Source: a virus
Taxonomy: Duplodnaviria; Caudoviricetes
DNA length: 26,077 nucleotides
Virus record (IMG/VR): IMGVR_UViG_3300010376_001817
Location: 1 to 26,077 of that record
Reading direction: 5' to 3' (one strand)
Shown here: piece by piece, positions 7,688 through 16,634 of the stretch
Layout: each line of letters starts with the position of its first letter
Numbering within the stretch: position 1 is the first letter of the stretch
Notes under the pieces: generated by a model
What the model was told of the DNA's origin: nothing
The model's database searches: none
Seen by the model: the letters and a program-made list of their open reading frames with translations, nothing else
Position numbers and translations under genes: made by a program

Positions 7688-8314
7688 TCAGCCCTGATTC
7701 AGCCTGCGGTTGGTCTGTGCGCCACTCCCTTCGAGTTCGCAAGGAACCGCCAGCCGCTTGGGCATGACGGCCAAGAGCGCGTCAGCAATCCCCAGTTCGG
7801 GCTGGAGGCGGCGCACGGGCGCGACCAGCGAATCGATTTCCTCGGTCCATGACTCGCGTTCGCCGCCGGCTTTGGCGCGCCGGTAATCGGCTTCCAGCAG
7901 TTTCCTCATTTCTCCCATACGTCGCTGCTTTCCCGCATACGGTCGAAGCAAATGGGTGATCCGCCGGATTACTTCACCAGATGCCTGCATTTCTTTGCCA
8001 CGTAAGGCAAGTGCAGCGTCGATGCGGTCAAAATCCGCCGGGGCCAGGTCGTCCGGCGCATCCGCCGGGTCGATATCGAGATCGAATTCGGAGCACAGGA
8101 ACGGATCTTCGGGATAACCGATCCAGAGCACATATTCGACCATGCGGGACAATTGGGCGACGGTAACGCCGGATGTGCGGATCAAATCCGGATTGGCCTT
8201 CCGATAAGCATCCGCGACGTCGTGGGTGGAGAACCGTTCTTTGTGTTGGTCACAATATCGGTTGACGAATTCCATCACGCTGAAATTGAGCCGGTGTTTG
8301 TTCCCTTCGGTCAT
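7688..8314 (-). CDS. Hypothetical protein
   Basis: 208-aa ORF in operon orientation. Confidence 0.75.
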   Translation of the reverse strand: MTEGNKHRLNFSVMEFVNRYCDQHKERFSTHDVADAYRKANPDLIRTSGVTVAQLSRMVEYVLWIGYPEDPFLCSEFDLDIDPADAPDDLAPADFDRIDAALALRGKEMQASGEVIRRITHLLRPYAGKQRRMGEMRKLLEADYRRAKAGGERESWTEEIDSLVAPVRRLQPELGIADALLAVMPKRLAVPCELEGSGAQTNRRLNQG

Positions 8315-8418
8315 ATTTGCTGCCTTTCTACTCGACGGTGTAGCTGGGGATCACCGACCAGGGGGCGCCCGTCGAGCCATTCCAGTTGCGCGCCGGTCGG
8401 ACGCCGGCCTGAAGTTGC

Positions 8419-9066
8419 TTAACGACGCGAAATGGCAGGAAGGTGCCGACGTGCTGCCTGCCAGCGCTCTAGTAGCTTTCTGGGCGGAAGATCTCCATAA
8501 ATTGTCGCGAGGTGATCAAAGAAGTTGTTGGCTTCAGCCAGTCTCTGGATACTGATTGAATCGGCTTCGTGGCTTTCTAGTTTCAACTCGAGGATCTGCT
8601 TGCGGCTGGCAATACTCGTGTCATCCCAATAATCCAGATAATCTTTTTTGCCATTCTTTTGACGGACCGGCTGTAATCGCGGCAGACCGCGGAATTGTTC
8701 AATATCGGTAAAGTCCAGTTCCGGTTGTAGCGGCTGCGGTGGTGCCGTCTCCTCTGCTGTCGGTTGCGATTGCGCTTGCGATTTTCCATCGCCGTTGCCA
8801 TTGCGCTCCGCATACTGACGGGTCCGCAGCCGCAGCCGATGCTGCTCCTTGATCCGGCGGTAGCGAAGCGCCAGAAATTCCTTGGCTTGCGCTAGCAGAA
8901 CGGAATGCTTCTCGAGCACCCGAACATCTAGTTTGTCTAAAGTAACCGGCTTATCGTGACGGTTGCAGTATTTGATCTCTTGATCAATGGCTCGATTGAG
9001 AAGGCGATCCCAACGTGCTTCTTCAGGAGTCATCGTCAGTTCCTTGGGCCGGTTCTGATTTTTCAT
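8419..9066 (-). CDS. Hypothetical protein coupled to the ParB-like gene
   Basis: 215-aa ORF; ATGA overlap with 9063-9920. Confidence 0.75.
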   Translation of the reverse strand: MKNQNRPKELTMTPEEARWDRLLNRAIDQEIKYCNRHDKPVTLDKLDVRVLEKHSVLLAQAKEFLALRYRRIKEQHRLRLRTRQYAERNGNGDGKSQAQSQPTAEETAPPQPLQPELDFTDIEQFRGLPRLQPVRQKNGKKDYLDYWDDTSIASRKQILELKLESHEADSISIQRLAEANNFFDHLATIYGDLPPRKLLERWQAARRHLPAISRR

Positions 9067-9920
9067 TGACGCACCGCCACAGGCTTTCGAGGTTCATTAG
9101 GATGTTCTTTGTCCAGGCGCACTAAACAGGCAATAGCGCGTGGTAAATATTCCGCGACGTCGTAAACACAAACGCGCGAGAAACCGTCCCACGTATCGCG
9201 CGCTACGGAAGTGTGATTCGCTAGTAGCTTGATCGCGTCATACAGGCCGCGAAAGACCAATAGATCCTGGGCGTGCTGCTCGTCGGCCTCGCGGTCTGCC
9301 TTGGTGCGGCGAATCCGCTTGACGACCTCACCACGCTCTTCAGCCGGCATCTCGACAATTTTCTTCTGCTCTTCTTTGGGGAGCGTGGCGATCACTGCGG
9401 CCGCACTGATCGAGATATCTTCTTTGTCCATCGCTCGGACCAACTCGGGCGCTCCCTTCTGGGTGACTGCCTTCGCACGCTCAAAGGTCTCCGCGCTCTT
9501 GAAGCCGACACGTTTGGCGGCGAGATCGATAGTGTTACCCTTATCTAACTTCTCCGCATTTGCGGAGAGGTCTGTACGCTGTCCCTTCCGGTTGCCTAGT
9601 TCCTTCTCGATGGCCTGGCCGATGGCGGCGCGTTCCGATGGCGTGAACTGTTTACGGAACTCGTTTTCCGAATACTGTGCCTTAAGGATCGAGTCGAGAT
9701 TGAGCGTGACTGCCGGAATTTTTTCCCAGTTCAGGTAGGTGAGGCAGGCCATCAGGCGGCGTCCGCCAAAGATCAGGCGGCGATTCTCGTCGATTCCGAC
9801 GGGCTCGAGCAGGCCCAATTCCCGGATGTTCTCGGCTAAGGCTTCCAGATCTCCGTCTGCGGTACGGTAGCGCTCCACAATCTGGATCTCGCCGATCGGA
9901 ACCATCTCCAGTTTTTTCAT
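9063..9920 (-). CDS. ParB/Srx N-terminal domain protein
   Basis: LEALAENIRELGLLEPVGID..RLIFGGRRLMA..SENEFRKQFTPSE ParB box motifs, followed by an HTH-like segment. Confidence 0.88.
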   Translation of the reverse strand: MKKLEMVPIGEIQIVERYRTADGDLEALAENIRELGLLEPVGIDENRRLIFGGRRLMACLTYLNWEKIPAVTLNLDSILKAQYSENEFRKQFTPSERAAIGQAIEKELGNRKGQRTDLSANAEKLDKGNTIDLAAKRVGFKSAETFERAKAVTQKGAPELVRAMDKEDISISAAAVIATLPKEEQKKIVEMPAEERGEVVKRIRRTKADREADEQHAQDLLVFRGLYDAIKLLANHTSVARDTWDGFSRVCVYDVAEYLPRAIACLVRLDKEHPNEPRKPVAVRQ

Positions 9921-9979
9921 TTCCCATCTCCAGGTCGGATACCTCCAGCCTTCGGCTGGATCGAGTTTTCAGCCGCCAT

Positions 9980-10552
9980 TTATTGGCTCCTTTCAGTTCC
10001 GGTGTCACTTTCCGTATCGAGTCCACGGATGGTCTCGTCGGTCTGGCGTTTTAACTCGGAGAGCGCCTGCCCGAAGGTCATGTCCGGGTGAACGTCCCAC
10101 ACCGGACGCAAGATCTCGACTTGCCGCGTCTTGGCTTCCGCGTCGGTGGCGCTTTCCTCGGCTTGCAGATGGGCAATGAAGCAGCAGGCATCCAGGGCTT
10201 GCTTGCATTTCTCGTAAGGCAGCCGCAGAAAGTACGACAGGGGGACGCCGAGCGTCTCGGCGAATCCGCGTGCTGCGGGAATTTTCACGAACCGATTGAG
10301 GTCGAAGTCAGCTCTGACGCCGAGCCGTTGTCTGACTGTGATGTCGTCATTCCACTGATCAACGAACTGGTTGACCAGATCCTCTAGGCCTCCGATGACG
10401 GCCTCGCGGTGCTGGGTGAGCACTCGCTCGGCAATGTCTTGGACGCTCAATGGGCGACCTGCAGTCGATTTGTCATGTTTTGCGAAGCGGGCCCTGCACT
10501 CATTGGCAATCACGGCGCGCAAAGCATTCAGCTTTTCGGTCCAGGTGATCAT
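9980..10552 (-). CDS. Hypothetical protein, paralog of 11064-11600
   Basis: ATGA-coupled start; end-to-end similarity with its paralog. Confidence 0.78.
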   Translation of the reverse strand: MITWTEKLNALRAVIANECRARFAKHDKSTAGRPLSVQDIAERVLTQHREAVIGGLEDLVNQFVDQWNDDITVRQRLGVRADFDLNRFVKIPAARGFAETLGVPLSYFLRLPYEKCKQALDACCFIAHLQAEESATDAEAKTRQVEILRPVWDVHPDMTFGQALSELKRQTDETIRGLDTESDTGTERSQ

Positions 10553-11067
10553 TCCGCTCCTCCCTTCTGAGCGCATGGCGGCATTACAGGCGGCGCTTCG
10601 CCTTCGCCCAAGCGCTTCAATCCAACGCCGCGTTCATCCAACTGGCGAATGAGTTCGACTACGCGCGGCATGGCGCCGGCCAGGCACGTCGCGCTGCAGT
10701 ACAAGCCCAAGCCCATGCTCACGCGACGTCTGTGGAGCCACCGGTCGGAGGGCGACATGTTTTCGGGGACCTGTACCGACCCTGGGAAGATGTGTCTCCG
10801 GATATTGATCCAGCCGGTAGGCGGCAAGCGGCTCGCGATGCGGAGGTCGCATTGCCTGCAGAAATACAGCCGCAAGGGCTGCTCGCTCAGCGGCTTGGCT
10901 TTTTTCTTCCGGTTGGGCGGCGCTTCGACCGTTGGCGCTTCGACGGGCGGTGGCGTTGTAACCTTCACCTGGAAGTTCTTAAGCAACTTGGGGCGGCCGT
11001 TGGGCTGCCCGCCGGCGGTCAGGCCGGGCTTGAGCGGCGGTCGCAGCGGCCTGGTGTCCTCTGTCAT
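10549..11067 (-). CDS. Hypothetical protein with CxxC ... CSxxC (putative Zn finger)
   Basis: FCRQCD and YCSATC motifs; ATGA overlaps on both sides. Confidence 0.75.
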   Translation of the reverse strand: MTEDTRPLRPPLKPGLTAGGQPNGRPKLLKNFQVKVTTPPPVEAPTVEAPPNRKKKAKPLSEQPLRLYFCRQCDLRIASRLPPTGWINIRRHIFPGSVQVPENMSPSDRWLHRRRVSMGLGLYCSATCLAGAMPRVVELIRQLDERGVGLKRLGEGEAPPVMPPCAQKGGAE

Positions 11068-11600
11068 GGTTTTCCTTTTTTCAGCTCTGAATCCTGCTCG
11101 AGTTGACTGATGGTTTCGGCGGTCCGATGTTCGAGGAACCGCAAAGCCTCTGTGAGCGTCAGGTTTTCGGTTTCCGCGGCTACCGGCCGCAGCCGTTTCT
11201 CGAGGTCAACGAGTTCCTCGTGGCAGCGCTGGTTTTCTTGGGTGCGCAGCTCCAAAACCAAGGTCGCCGCTTCACAGGCAGCCCGGAGTTTTTCCCCATC
11301 GAGGCCGAGCAAAAACCACAAGCCGAGGCCCAGCGTGGCTCCGCTCTGGCGCAGGAATTTGAGGTAATTCACCAGTTCCGGCTGGGTAGCCGCGACCTGT
11401 GCGCAGTACCGGTCGTCGTGCACGGCTTCCAGTCCCGAAAAAAGCAGGTCTTCCAGGGCGCCGGCCACTGACCCGCGATGGCAGGTGAGCGCCCATTCAG
11501 CGAGCGTCGCTGGATCGGCCTTCAGGCTCCGCGAAAGACGCTCCTGGGCTTCGGTTGCGATGACCTGCTTGAGGTGGTTGAGCTTCAAATCCCAAATCAT
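11064..11600 (-). CDS. Hypothetical protein, paralog of 9980-10552
   Basis: ATGA-coupled start; end-to-end similarity with its paralog. Confidence 0.78.
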   Translation of the reverse strand: MIWDLKLNHLKQVIATEAQERLSRSLKADPATLAEWALTCHRGSVAGALEDLLFSGLEAVHDDRYCAQVAATQPELVNYLKFLRQSGATLGLGLWFLLGLDGEKLRAACEAATLVLELRTQENQRCHEELVDLEKRLRPVAAETENLTLTEALRFLEHRTAETISQLEQDSELKKGKP

Positions 11601-12286
11601 TTGCCACACCCCGCGAGTTGTTTACTTTTCCCTGCTAGATACCGGGCACCCATCAGCGCTTCGACCGTCAGACATCCGCAATTGCGGCAGTCGGGCAAAA
11701 GATAGTAGATGGTCTGGTATGCGAGGTCGTACGCCTCCCCGGTGTGGAGTCGTAAATCGGGATTGCGGGCAAACCAGCCGACGAGAGAGCAGAGCTTCGC
11801 TTTGAGGCCGCGGTAGTACCAGACCTGGTTGGCGCAGAAGGACGACTGCTTCGGGCCGTCGCGATAGGAGCGGGCGCGTTCTGCCAGAGCGGCCAGTTCC
11901 GGCTCCAGGGCGCAGAGGTCGTCGAAGGTGAGCCAGTTCTCCTCCGGGGGGAACCAATCCCGCAGGCAGTCCACGATCTCGCACAGGCAGCGGACGGCCC
12001 TCTCGTTAGACACGCCCCGGATCGTGATGACGGACTGGCCGCCCGAGGCGCTGGTGCCCCGCGAGCGGTTCGGCACATATTTGTCGTACAGCGAGAAGAT
12101 GAACTCGCTTTGGGCCTCCGTCATTCTCCAACTCGAATCGAACCGGTAGACCGGGTCCATGTTCACGGTGATGCTCGAGCGCTTCGGTCCCACCTTCGCG
12201 GCCACGAACGGCATGCGCTGCTGCTCGCACCGCTCCCAGTGCTTGCGCCACGCGCCGGAGCGGTAGATCACAAATTTGTCACTCAT
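11597..12286 (-). CDS. Hypothetical protein, C-terminal Cys cluster (CAN..WY, LPDCRNCGC)
   Basis: 229-aa ORF; GAGGAGG RBS. Confidence 0.78.
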   Translation of the reverse strand: MSDKFVIYRSGAWRKHWERCEQQRMPFVAAKVGPKRSSITVNMDPVYRFDSSWRMTEAQSEFIFSLYDKYVPNRSRGTSASGGQSVITIRGVSNERAVRCLCEIVDCLRDWFPPEENWLTFDDLCALEPELAALAERARSYRDGPKQSSFCANQVWYYRGLKAKLCSLVGWFARNPDLRLHTGEAYDLAYQTIYYLLPDCRNCGCLTVEALMGARYLAGKSKQLAGCGK

Positions 12287-12307
12287 ACTTCACCTCCTCA
12301 CTTCGCC

Positions 12308-12995
12308 TCAGCTAGTGCCCCTATCGGCCTGGAATCGAGAAACGTCTTTGCCTTTGCGGATGCGAGACCGTCTGCCAGGATCGCCGGGACCACCGGCTTG
12401 CGTGTCGCCCCATCCGCAGCTAGCGACACGACGCACGCTACGCTTACTCACGCCGATCCACGCATTCACCGGATGAGCTTTCTCGAACTCCCCCCAGATA
12501 ATCGAATAACCACGGAATGCTGGCTTCACCGGAAGGTCCAGCTCCACCGCCGCCTGAATGCACGCGCCATTCGATATGTAGCGACCGACGGCGCGTTCAA
12601 TCACATGCTTCAGGGCGTAGCTGCCGTACCGGCCAGTCCTGGTGGCATCGCAGCGCGCCAGAAAGGCGCGACACAGATCGACCTCGCCGGCGCGGGGAGC
12701 GGTGTCGCATTGTCGTGGCTCCCCGGGCCACGAGAGGCCGCTTGCGTTGATAGTATAGGCCGGGACCGTACCGAGCCAGCTCCCGGAACTTCTCTTCCGG
12801 GAGCTTCAGGACCCTCGCTGCGAACTCCTGTGTCATTTGGAGGGTGTTGTCGCATTCGCACCCGTAGTTATAGAAGGCGTCCGCCAGGTCAAAGAACAGC
12901 TGATCCAGCTGTTCGTACGGAACGGGCGGTTCTTCAATTCCTTTCGCTAACGGGCCCATGGGTTTTTTCTCCTTTCGGTGTTGAGTTGTCGTCAT
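12308..12995 (-). pseudogene. Probable frameshifted phage hypothetical gene (GSYALKHVIE...YISNGACIQAA motif)
   Basis: The conserved-looking C-terminal frame is open from about 12805 with no start codon until mid-motif; it joins the upstream ORF by removing 1 nt near 12755. Confidence 0.55.
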
Positions 12996-13109
12996 GCAGC
13001 CACCGCGTGGCCGCTCCTATGTGGTGCCCGCCACCATCAGCACCACCTTCCACGCGGCGCAGTCATCGTCCCTTCGTCTCGAATTTGCATAAGTGAAGAC
13101 CTCCTTCTT

Positions 13110-13500
13110 CTATCCCCCGCTCTATCCCCCGCTCTATTCCCCGGATCGACCCCTTTCCTAAGCGGGTTAGGAGGCGTCTTTGGGGCTATTCCCCGGTTTC
13201 GCCCCTCCTCTAGGGGGGCCTTTTCCGGGGAATAGGGGTTACATGCATGAAAACAAAAGGACTTAGTATTCCCCGGAGGCCTTAAAAAAAACAGGGGGAC
13301 CGGGGAATAGAGGTACGTGCATGAAACAAAATGACTTAAGGCCTAAAAAAAAGACCCCTAACAACAGGGGTCCGGGGCATAGAAATACCCCCTTCCGGCT
13401 ATGCCCCGGTCTATTCCCCGCCAGCCAGGGCCATTTGCCGGTAATATGAGCTATGTAACGGAAACAAAAGAACTTCCTATTCCCCGGAAGTATGCCCCGG
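13110..13500. repeat. Putative replication origin: about 12 iterons (C)TAT(T/G/C)CCCCG(G) in both orientations, plus A-tracts
   Basis: Direct copies at 13110, 13122, 13134, 13186, 13267, 13399, 13411, 13477, 13491; inverted at 13225, 13300, 13372; immediately downstream of the primase-helicase. Confidence 0.82.
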
Positions 13501-13531
13501 AAAAGGCCGGTTCGGGCATCAGAAACCGCCC

Positions 13532-16030
13532 TCATACGGTGCCCTCCAGGGGTGGGCGCGACCCCGGCAGGTAGTAGCGGATGGCTTTTCCCTTGGTCTC
13601 GACTTCCAGCTCGCGGCTGAGGGTAGCGGTACTCAAGGCGTCTTCCACAGCGTGCTTCCCTACGCCCATGGAAGCCGCCAGCTTGATCAGCTCCCGCTGG
13701 TTACGTCCGGGATACGCCTTGATCAGCTCCTTCAGAACGGCGATCGGTTCCTTGGGTTTCTCATCGAGCGGGTAAAACGTCTTCTCCCCAAAACCGAAGC
13801 GCAACATCTGCTTGCCGCCGCTCCTGGTCTTGAGCGGCCTCAGTGTGACGCGTTTGATGTCGTCGGTCAGCAGCTCGCCGTCTCTGCCCAAGACCCAACC
13901 AAAGTCAATGCTGCCCATGTGATCGCTACCCCCACGGTAGGGGGCGTCGCTTTTGTCGCTCTTGTGATGGTTGAGAATCACCGAACCTCCGGCATGGGCC
14001 AGTGGCCGGTATTGCTGGATATGGGCGCGAACGGCGGAATTGTCGTTCTCATCGCCCTGCATAAAGGCGATCAGGGGGTCAAAAATGAACAAAGCATGCT
14101 CATTTTTAGCGAGGCTCAGTAGTTCGCGCGCCGTAGGTCCGGGAACCTCGTCCTCTTCCCAACCGCCCAGATACCGCAGCGCCGGGTACATGGATTTGAT
14201 ATCGAGCTTGTCGAGGCGGTCTTTGACCAGTCCCACCGGCATCTCGCGATCCAGATAGACGACTGGCCGCTTCACAGTGGTCATGCCAGCGAACTCGATC
14301 CCCTGGGCCACGCAGGCCGCCAGCACCAGGAGGAAGAGGCTCTTTCCGCTACCGGCCTCGCCGGTGAACATGTTGATGCAGCCGTCGAGCACCAGACCTT
14401 CGACCAGCCAGCTGAGCTTACCCTCGTAGGTCCAGACGTTACCCCGCTCCAGCAACGACTGCTTGCGCCGTACCGTCATCGAGTCCAGCCGCTCAGCAAA
14501 TTCCGCGAGCAGCGTATCCGGCGGCATCGCCAGATCGGCCATACTCTGCATGAGCACTCCAGCTGAATGAATGCTCCGCCGCCGGAGGGTCAGCTCCCGC
14601 AGGATCGTGACGTAATGCAGGGGGTGTGGCAGATCCGGCAGCCCGTCGTCCATGGCGGCGAGATAGCGAAAGCCGTCTACCTTCTCCAGCTCATGATGGG
14701 CCGTCAGCTCAGTGGCCAAGGTTATGCGGTCCACCGGCGCCCCCCGCTCACGGAGCGCCCGCATCCGGCGGTAGATCGTCTGATGCTTAGCCAGGGAGAA
14801 GTCTTCGAGCTGCAGAACATCCCAGATCGCGTCGCCCCCGCTATGTGCCGCGAGAATCGCCCCCAATACCCAGCGTTCGACATCCGCACTCGCGGGCACT
14901 GAATCAGGACGGTTCTTGTTACTCTGAGGCCTTGGCCGCTTGGACGGCGCTTCCGTGTCCGCCGAAGGCGGCGCTGCTTCGGGCGCGTTCCTCTCCGGGC
15001 CCCCGCGCAGACCCAACCACTCGACGGCGGCTTTGAAGACGCGCGGGTCGAGCACTTCTTTCAAATGGGGCAGGCCGGTAATTTCGCGGCCATCGTCATG
15101 CCGCTGGAAGGTGCTCTCGACGTCCCTGGCGGCCTGACCCAGGTCAGCCTTGTCCTGCCAAAGGACGCGGTAGATCGCGCGTACAACTCTGGTGGCGTCA
15201 GCCAGAGCCCACCGTTTGTGGGCCAGTGCTCCGGCTACCGAAAGGAAGTAGCTATGCCTACCGCCCTGCGGGGGCGGCGCATACTTGCCCAGCAGCACGC
15301 AGGCAGCGGTATAGTCGGCGGCCCTCACCAGCTCGCGGCCATCCACGTTGCCGATCAGGCCGGTGGACCCGCGCACGAACTCAATCAGCTCGCCCGAGGG
15401 ATGTACCGACGGTGGCACCACAGTCTGGAGACCGATCCCGCCATCTTTCTTTCGGCAGCGGACCTCCAGCAGCATCCCCTGCTTGTCCGCCTCGCCCCCG
15501 CCGGCCCCGCCCTTCCGCGCCGTCGGATCCTGGTATTGGCGGAGTTTGATGCCGGGATCAACATGGTAAAAGAAATGCGATGCCGGCTTTGATTTGTGCC
15601 CGAACGCAAAGCCTGTCTCGGGACCGAATTCGGCCCAGGCCTGAGTCGCCTCCGGCGCATCCAGATCAACATCAGTGAGGTTATATGGCTGACCCAACTT
15701 CACACCGATGTTCTGGCGGCCGCCGTTGAAGTACTTCGGGACATTCTCTCTGGTGATCTGTAGGGTCTGCCACTGCTCGGTAACCGGCCCTTTCGTCTTG
15801 TGGGGAATCGGGAGCGGGCACCTGCCTTCTTCGGCGTGCCAATAGGCTGCTGCGCGGGCGTCGGCAAACGATAATTTAGTGGGCATAATTGCGGTGAGGG
15901 CAAGCAGCGCGAACAGAATTCGGGCGCTGCGTTTGAGGATGGTGATTGCGACGCACGGATCGGCGGCGGGGATCAGCTGGGCCTGGGCATCACGTGCGGC
16001 ATCGGATATCGGACTGCTAAACTTGCTCAT
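13532..16030 (-). CDS. Replication protein: bifunctional primase-polymerase + DnaB N-terminal-like domain + RecA/AAA_25 helicase
   Basis: NIGVKLG..DVDLD, H, QTVVPPSVHPSGE (Prim-Pol); VERWVLGAIL..DF..KHQTIY..VDRITL (DnaB-N); GEAGSGKS, VVYLDRE, FIFDP, HH..K, RGGS (AAA_25). The true start may be ATG 15886. Confidence 0.9.
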   Translation of the reverse strand: MSKFSSPISDAARDAQAQLIPAADPCVAITILKRSARILFALLALTAIMPTKLSFADARAAAYWHAEEGRCPLPIPHKTKGPVTEQWQTLQITRENVPKYFNGGRQNIGVKLGQPYNLTDVDLDAPEATQAWAEFGPETGFAFGHKSKPASHFFYHVDPGIKLRQYQDPTARKGGAGGGEADKQGMLLEVRCRKKDGGIGLQTVVPPSVHPSGELIEFVRGSTGLIGNVDGRELVRAADYTAACVLLGKYAPPPQGGRHSYFLSVAGALAHKRWALADATRVVRAIYRVLWQDKADLGQAARDVESTFQRHDDGREITGLPHLKEVLDPRVFKAAVEWLGLRGGPERNAPEAAPPSADTEAPSKRPRPQSNKNRPDSVPASADVERWVLGAILAAHSGGDAIWDVLQLEDFSLAKHQTIYRRMRALRERGAPVDRITLATELTAHHELEKVDGFRYLAAMDDGLPDLPHPLHYVTILRELTLRRRSIHSAGVLMQSMADLAMPPDTLLAEFAERLDSMTVRRKQSLLERGNVWTYEGKLSWLVEGLVLDGCINMFTGEAGSGKSLFLLVLAACVAQGIEFAGMTTVKRPVVYLDREMPVGLVKDRLDKLDIKSMYPALRYLGGWEEDEVPGPTARELLSLAKNEHALFIFDPLIAFMQGDENDNSAVRAHIQQYRPLAHAGGSVILNHHKSDKSDAPYRGGSDHMGSIDFGWVLGRDGELLTDDIKRVTLRPLKTRSGGKQMLRFGFGEKTFYPLDEKPKEPIAVLKELIKAYPGRNQRELIKLAASMGVGKHAVEDALSTATLSRELEVETKGKAIRYYLPGSRPPLEGTV

Positions 16031-16307
16031 AGGCTCAAGAACTCAAAACGAAACATCGCGCCGCGTTTCAACTGATGACTGGGACGCGGCGTAGAGAACT
16101 TGTTCAGCTTGCGGGCCAGCCGAGATTGCCCGCTACCTTCTCCTGTTATTACCTTTTTGCCTCGGTTTGCATAATCTCGATCAGTGTTTCCGGCACGCGT
16201 TCGCCGCAGTCGCCAGATATTGGAAAATCTGAATGCGCTTTGCGCACCAGCATTCGTGCTCCTGCTGGCGTGGAATTTGTCTACTCATAAGAATCCCTGT
16301 TCCTCCG

Positions 16308-16547
16308 TCAGGCGACGACAGCTCCTTCTCGCACGGTCATTCGACCGAGAACACGCGCGGCGACTGACCGAGGGATTCTCAGGGTGAAATACTGTCTCCG
16401 GCCACGCCGACGTCCATGACCGAACCGGATAACGCCGGGCTCATCCAGGAACAGCCGGCGCACTGTGCAAGGGTCTAGTTTTACCGTCTCTGCGATTTCT
16501 TCCGGTGTATAGAGAGGCTCGTTTATCTCTTCCTGCCTTTCTTGCAT
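16308..16547 (-). CDS. Excisionase/AlpA-like small DNA-binding protein
   Basis: LYTPEEIAETVKLDPCTVRRLFLDEPGV..TLRIPRSV winged-HTH pattern; upstream of the primase. Confidence 0.8.
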   Translation of the reverse strand: MQERQEEINEPLYTPEEIAETVKLDPCTVRRLFLDEPGVIRFGHGRRRGRRQYFTLRIPRSVAARVLGRMTVREGAVVA

Positions 16548-16590
16548 GGATCGATACTGCGCCTCCCCGCATGGCGGAAGCAATGCGGGC

Positions 16591-16620
16591 GAATGCAAGG
16601 AAATACAGGGAAATGCAGGG
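16591..16620. promoter_or_regulatory. Three tandem 10-bp repeats (GAATGCAAGG AAATACAGGG AAATGCAGGG), candidate operator
   Basis: Read directly; spaced at one helical turn upstream of the Xis/AlpA-like gene. Confidence 0.55.
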
Positions 16621-16634
16621 GAATAAGAAAATTT

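Noticed and set aside
8329-8418. In-frame read-through past the 8419 stop (…AQLEWLDGRPWSVIPSYTVE)
   Set aside because: Only 29 extra codons; could be chance, with no supporting homology
13110-13500. CRISPR array
   Set aside because: Repeats are 10-11 bp, irregularly spaced and in both orientations; no cas1/cas2
13263-13535. 90-aa ORF across the iteron region
   Set aside because: Translation simply reflects the repeats and A-tracts; more likely a non-coding origin
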